DNA of 63,709 nucleotides, filler included. It is 8 parts of 8 records of this genome, joined end to end, with 100 filler letters (N's around TTAATTAATTAA, not from the genome) between each part and the next. Parts side by side here need not be neighbours in the genome. Positions count along the whole stretch, not along the records: positions 57,754 to 63,709 come from SRR31156797_68066; 7 more parts are not named here. The stretch is one strand, 5' to 3'. This document shows positions 60,401 to 63,709 of the stretch, in pieces. Numbering within the stretch: the stretch's first letter is position 1; each line of letters begins with the position of its first letter. The notes beneath the pieces are model-generated. The model was not told the origin of the DNA, ran no database searches, and saw only the letters and a list, made by a program, of their open reading frames with translations. The translations under genes and the position numbers were made by a program.

Positions 60401-61270
60401 ATGATCCAAACAAAAGCAGCAGGCTGTACCGACATCGGGAAAGTACGCAAGGCCAATGAAGACAGCTTGCTTATTGATCAGTCAACGGGCATCTTTGTTG
60501 TGGCAGACGGAATGGGAGGGCACCGCGGTGGTGCCGTGGCCAGCCGGCTTGCCGTAAAAACAATGGGAGACTATTTGGTCGCCACAAACGGGGAAATTTC
60601 AAAGGATCCCCGCTCAACAGACGCTGAAAAAGTGAAAACCGAAGAGGCTCGGCGCCTTTTTCAGAGTATTACACTGGCCAACAAAAAAATTTATTCCCGT
60701 TCTTTAAACGATGAAACATGCCGCGGAATGGGAACCACCATTTCGGCTCTTTTTCTCCAGAGGGATTCCATCATTACCGCCAATGTGGGCGACAGCCCCA
60801 TCTACCTGATAAGAGAAGGCAAATTAAAAGACCTTTATACCCCGCACACCCTTCTCCATGAACGAAAGGCGGTTCGACAATCCATGGCCGATCGCTTTCC
60901 TCCCGCGAAGATGGCCCATATTCTGACACGAGCCGTCGGTATCCGGCAGCGTGTACGCATCGACCATGTGGCAACTCGAATTTACCCTGACGATATCATT
61001 GTTCTTTGCAGCGACGGACTCAGCGGCAAGGTTTCCCGAAAAGAGATCGGTGTGATGACCGTTTCAAACGAACCGGAAACCGCGTGTAAAAAATTAACGG
61101 ACCTGGCCCTTCAAAGGGGAGGAGAGGACAATATCACAGTGATCATCGTAAAAATCCTTTCTACAAACAGTGGATCCTCAAAAAGACTTCTGTACAGATT
61201 TTTATCTATCCCTGCATGGCTGGGTTCCTTTTTTAAGGGCAAAGGCTTCTTCCACACGAATGAAAAATGA
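60401..61270 (+). CDS. PP2C/Stp1-family Ser/Thr protein phosphatase
   Basis: TDIGKVR..NED, VADGMGGH..G.VAS, GMGTT, NVGDS, LTRAVG, LCSDGL, GG.DNIT. Confidence 0.95.
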   Translation: MIQTKAAGCTDIGKVRKANEDSLLIDQSTGIFVVADGMGGHRGGAVASRLAVKTMGDYLVATNGEISKDPRSTDAEKVKTEEARRLFQSITLANKKIYSRSLNDETCRGMGTTISALFLQRDSIITANVGDSPIYLIREGKLKDLYTPHTLLHERKAVRQSMADRFPPAKMAHILTRAVGIRQRVRIDHVATRIYPDDIIVLCSDGLSGKVSRKEIGVMTVSNEPETACKKLTDLALQRGGEDNITVIIVKILSTNSGSSKRLLYRFLSIPAWLGSFFKGKGFFHTNEK

Positions 61271-61309
61271 CGACACCATGATCGGACGGACTTCAAAGGC
61301 TTTTACGTC

Positions 61310-63709
61310 ATGAAAAAATGGATCGCCATTTTTACTTTTTCTGCCTGCTTCGTGATTGCGCTCTCTTTTGTGAATTTCGAAGAGACTGTAAACAAACAGC
61401 TCATTCTCACCAAATCCGGCGAGCCGATTATCGCCGATCATGTGAGCCAGTCAGATCGCTTCGTTTTTTATAATTTCGACGGCAATTCGGGAATGTTCAT
61501 GAAAAACGATATCGCCTCGGTCGAACCAATTTCCGTGGAAAGGAAAACCCCCTTACTCCGAATTTTTGACCGATGGCGGGATCAGACCATGGATCGTGCG
61601 GGTTGGAACATCAATGCAAAAAAATGGTTTGACACCCGGGCTTTACTGTTTTTGTTCAGCCTTTTCGCTTCATTTGCCCTTCTCCAGCTGTTCAAGGTTT
61701 CGGTGCGATGGATCCGCACGATGGGTGCCGAAAAGACCAGGCAAGAGACCTCCTTGGGTCTCATCGATCCCGATTGCCACAGATGGGAAGAGGACCTGGA
61801 AAATTCGGATTTAAGAAACATCGCGCTCTTTTTTCTTGAGCTGTTTAAAGCCCAAAATGGGGTGGGAGCGGAAACGCCGTCCCATTTTCGGATGACCGGC
61901 CACTCTTCAACAGGGAAAATGACGATTTTTGAGTTACGCGTACAGACCGACCAGGAGTGGTCGACCCGTCGCATGTCCATCGGACCGATCGGTGAGGAAA
62001 CGGGAAGCAAAAGCAAGTGTTACTATGTCATTTATGATACGCACATGGTTATCAAGCTGCCCCCCACGCACATCATAGACATGGGCACGTATGTCCGTAC
62101 CATCCAGAGAGATGAAAGAATTGCATCACAGCTCTCTCCCGTCAAATGCATCGTTCCCATGGTGTCCGTTGTGCTGAAAAAAATGACCTCCCTTCCCTAC
62201 CAGTCAAATTTGAACCAAGAGGAATTGGAGAAAGGGTTTATCCGGCTTGTCGAGAGAAAACCGGACTATGAAGCGTACCTGAAAATCGGCACCCGATTTG
62301 CATTTTTCATGGAGTTGACCAACAATTTTTTTCTTGGACGGGTTATCGACGAATTGCACCTCTTTAAAGAGAAAATCGGTGATGAGATCCGTGAGATACC
62401 TGATATCGTCTGGGATCAGCAAGCTTTTACAAACCGCTACGGGCTAGCATCTCTTCCCGTCTTCAACCGCCTCCAAACACTTTACAAGGAATGTGAATCG
62501 ACCGTTCACAGCGTCGCCCTCATGGACGGCCGGCAATTAAAAATACATACATTCCAAATAAAAAACTGGTTTCTTGCCCGGATTGCAGGAGAAAAACTGC
62601 AATGGGTTGAAAGCGGAGGGGATGCGCAGGTCCTTGACCGGGTTGGAAACGCATTTGAAAAAGTTTTCGAATCCAATCGGGAAATCGTTGACGATCTGCT
62701 CCAACTGCTGAAATCACGGTTGGCCGAAAAAGCCTTTGTCAGCAACCGGGATGCCATCGAAAACCTCGCTTCCAAGACCCTTGACTTGCTTGCCCGGTTA
62801 AAAGAGAATCAACTTGTTCTTAGAGACCTGAAACCGGACAATCTGTTTCTGGATGCGAACCCCGATCATTATCCCGAGGTCCTTAAAGAGGCAGACAAAT
62901 TTTCCATCGGCGTCATCGACGTTGAGACAGCGCTTTCACTGCGACCGGGCAAGGATGGGCGAATCGAGCAACCCCTTCTCGGGGGGACGCCGCTCTATGC
63001 GACGCCACTCCATCTGTTCAACAATGAGACCCTTGCCTCTTTGTTTGAGAACATGGAGGATGCATTTTATTATCAGGATTGGTATGCAGCGGTCGCTATT
63101 CTATTCAAAGAAATAACCGGGGAAAAACTCTTTGTTCGTGCTGCCAAATCATTTCCGGTTGCATTGAAACATCTTAAAAAAAGCCGATCCCAACCGATCC
63201 CGGATGAAGAGACAATCAAAAAAATATGCCGTACATTTTGGTCGGCAGCGCTCTCGGACATGAAAAAAGCGTTGGCCGGATACTCGAACGGATTCAAACA
63301 ATTGATGCTGATGTTGCCCCAGGAGATGGTTCCCCGTGTCAAAAGGGAACTGAGACGTGAGAAAAGGTGTCTCCAACGGGCCATTCAAAAACATGTTTCC
63401 TTGTCTCCCCTTTTGAAAAGTGAAAAAAACAGAACTTTTTTGATGGAGGCGTCCAGCGAAACGATCATAAAACAGGTGGACCGTTGGGCAAATCCCGACC
63501 TTCTTACAGAACAACATCGCCTGGTTGCCCCTGAGATGGTTACCTTTTTGAACAAGCTGAATCGAATGAAACAGGGGGAGATGGAAAAAACCAATTCGCT
63601 GGCAGCCCTATCAGAGGAGAATCATCGAATTTCCACCTATGCGTTGCTTGAAGCCATGTTCCAGATTATATACATTGAACTGTATAAATCATGTTGGAAC
63701 ACTCCCCAA
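61310..63709 (+). CDS. Membrane-anchored atypical Ser/Thr protein kinase-like protein (3' partial, at least 800 aa; absent from the ORF track)
   Basis: Open frame from ATG 61310 to the window end; two hydrophobic segments; GEETGSKSKCY, MVIK, FFMEL, LRDLKPDN, IDVE, GGTPLYATP, QDWYA. Confidence 0.82.
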   Translation, partial: MKKWIAIFTFSACFVIALSFVNFEETVNKQLILTKSGEPIIADHVSQSDRFVFYNFDGNSGMFMKNDIASVEPISVERKTPLLRIFDRWRDQTMDRAGWNINAKKWFDTRALLFLFSLFASFALLQLFKVSVRWIRTMGAEKTRQETSLGLIDPDCHRWEEDLENSDLRNIALFFLELFKAQNGVGAETPSHFRMTGHSSTGKMTIFELRVQTDQEWSTRRMSIGPIGEETGSKSKCYYVIYDTHMVIKLPPTHIIDMGTYVRTIQRDERIASQLSPVKCIVPMVSVVLKKMTSLPYQSNLNQEELEKGFIRLVERKPDYEAYLKIGTRFAFFMELTNNFFLGRVIDELHLFKEKIGDEIREIPDIVWDQQAFTNRYGLASLPVFNRLQTLYKECESTVHSVALMDGRQLKIHTFQIKNWFLARIAGEKLQWVESGGDAQVLDRVGNAFEKVFESNREIVDDLLQLLKSRLAEKAFVSNRDAIENLASKTLDLLARLKENQLVLRDLKPDNLFLDANPDHYPEVLKEADKFSIGVIDVETALSLRPGKDGRIEQPLLGGTPLYATPLHLFNNETLASLFENMEDAFYYQDWYAAVAILFKEITGEKLFVRAAKSFPVALKHLKKSRSQPIPDEETIKKICRTFWSAALSDMKKALAGYSNGFKQLMLMLPQEMVPRVKRELRREKRCLQRAIQKHVSLSPLLKSEKNRTFLMEASSETIIKQVDRWANPDLLTEQHRLVAPEMVTFLNKLNRMKQGEMEKTNSLAALSEENHRISTYALLEAMFQIIYIELYKSCWNTPQ

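Overview
This window is not one locus. It is eight unrelated metagenomic contigs joined by seven artificial 100-nt linkers (N44-TTAATTAATTAA-N44); taxonomic labels below are guesses from gene content and composition. (1) 1-9172, Desulfobacterota-like: a sigma54/two-component-controlled operon for an unusual membrane transhydrogenase whose PntB carries two tandem dIII domains, both lacking the NADP-specifying KRS motif, plus a decayed IS5. (2) 9273-14319, spirochaete-like: AddA-type helicase-nuclease, MoxR and DUF58. (3) 14420-27127, alphaproteobacterial: tctD/tctCBA, tyrosine phenol-lyase with a divergent Lrp regulator, MFS, peroxiredoxin, DgoD-like enolase. (4) 27228-34101, alphaproteobacterial: an intact 2712-bp IS1595 with 8-bp TSD and passenger genes (one with a HEPN-like RxxxxH motif), a caspase/FGE-sulfatase fusion, and DUF47-pit preceded by a Pho-box-like array. 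(5) 34202-40894, FCB/Marinimicrobia-like: outer-membrane gene trio and a Y1 transposase flanked by REP-like hairpins. (6) 40995-52166, Desulfobacterota-like: uvrB-uvrC and a porin/anion-binding protein/histidine kinase/c-di-GMP operon decaying by deletions. (7) 52267-57653, Bacteroidota: hybrid kinase, LuxR, Lnt-like nitrilase. (8) 57754-63709, Desulfobacterota-like: batD/batE, a scrambled [NiFeSe]-hydrogenase remnant, a PP2C phosphatase and an atypical membrane Ser/Thr kinase-like ORF that the ORF track misses. The best candidates for undescribed biology are the twin-dIII non-KRS transhydrogenase operon, the IS1595 cargo, the porin-PBP-HK c-di-GMP module and the insert-bearing kinase. No CRISPR array, rRNA or tRNA was recognised.
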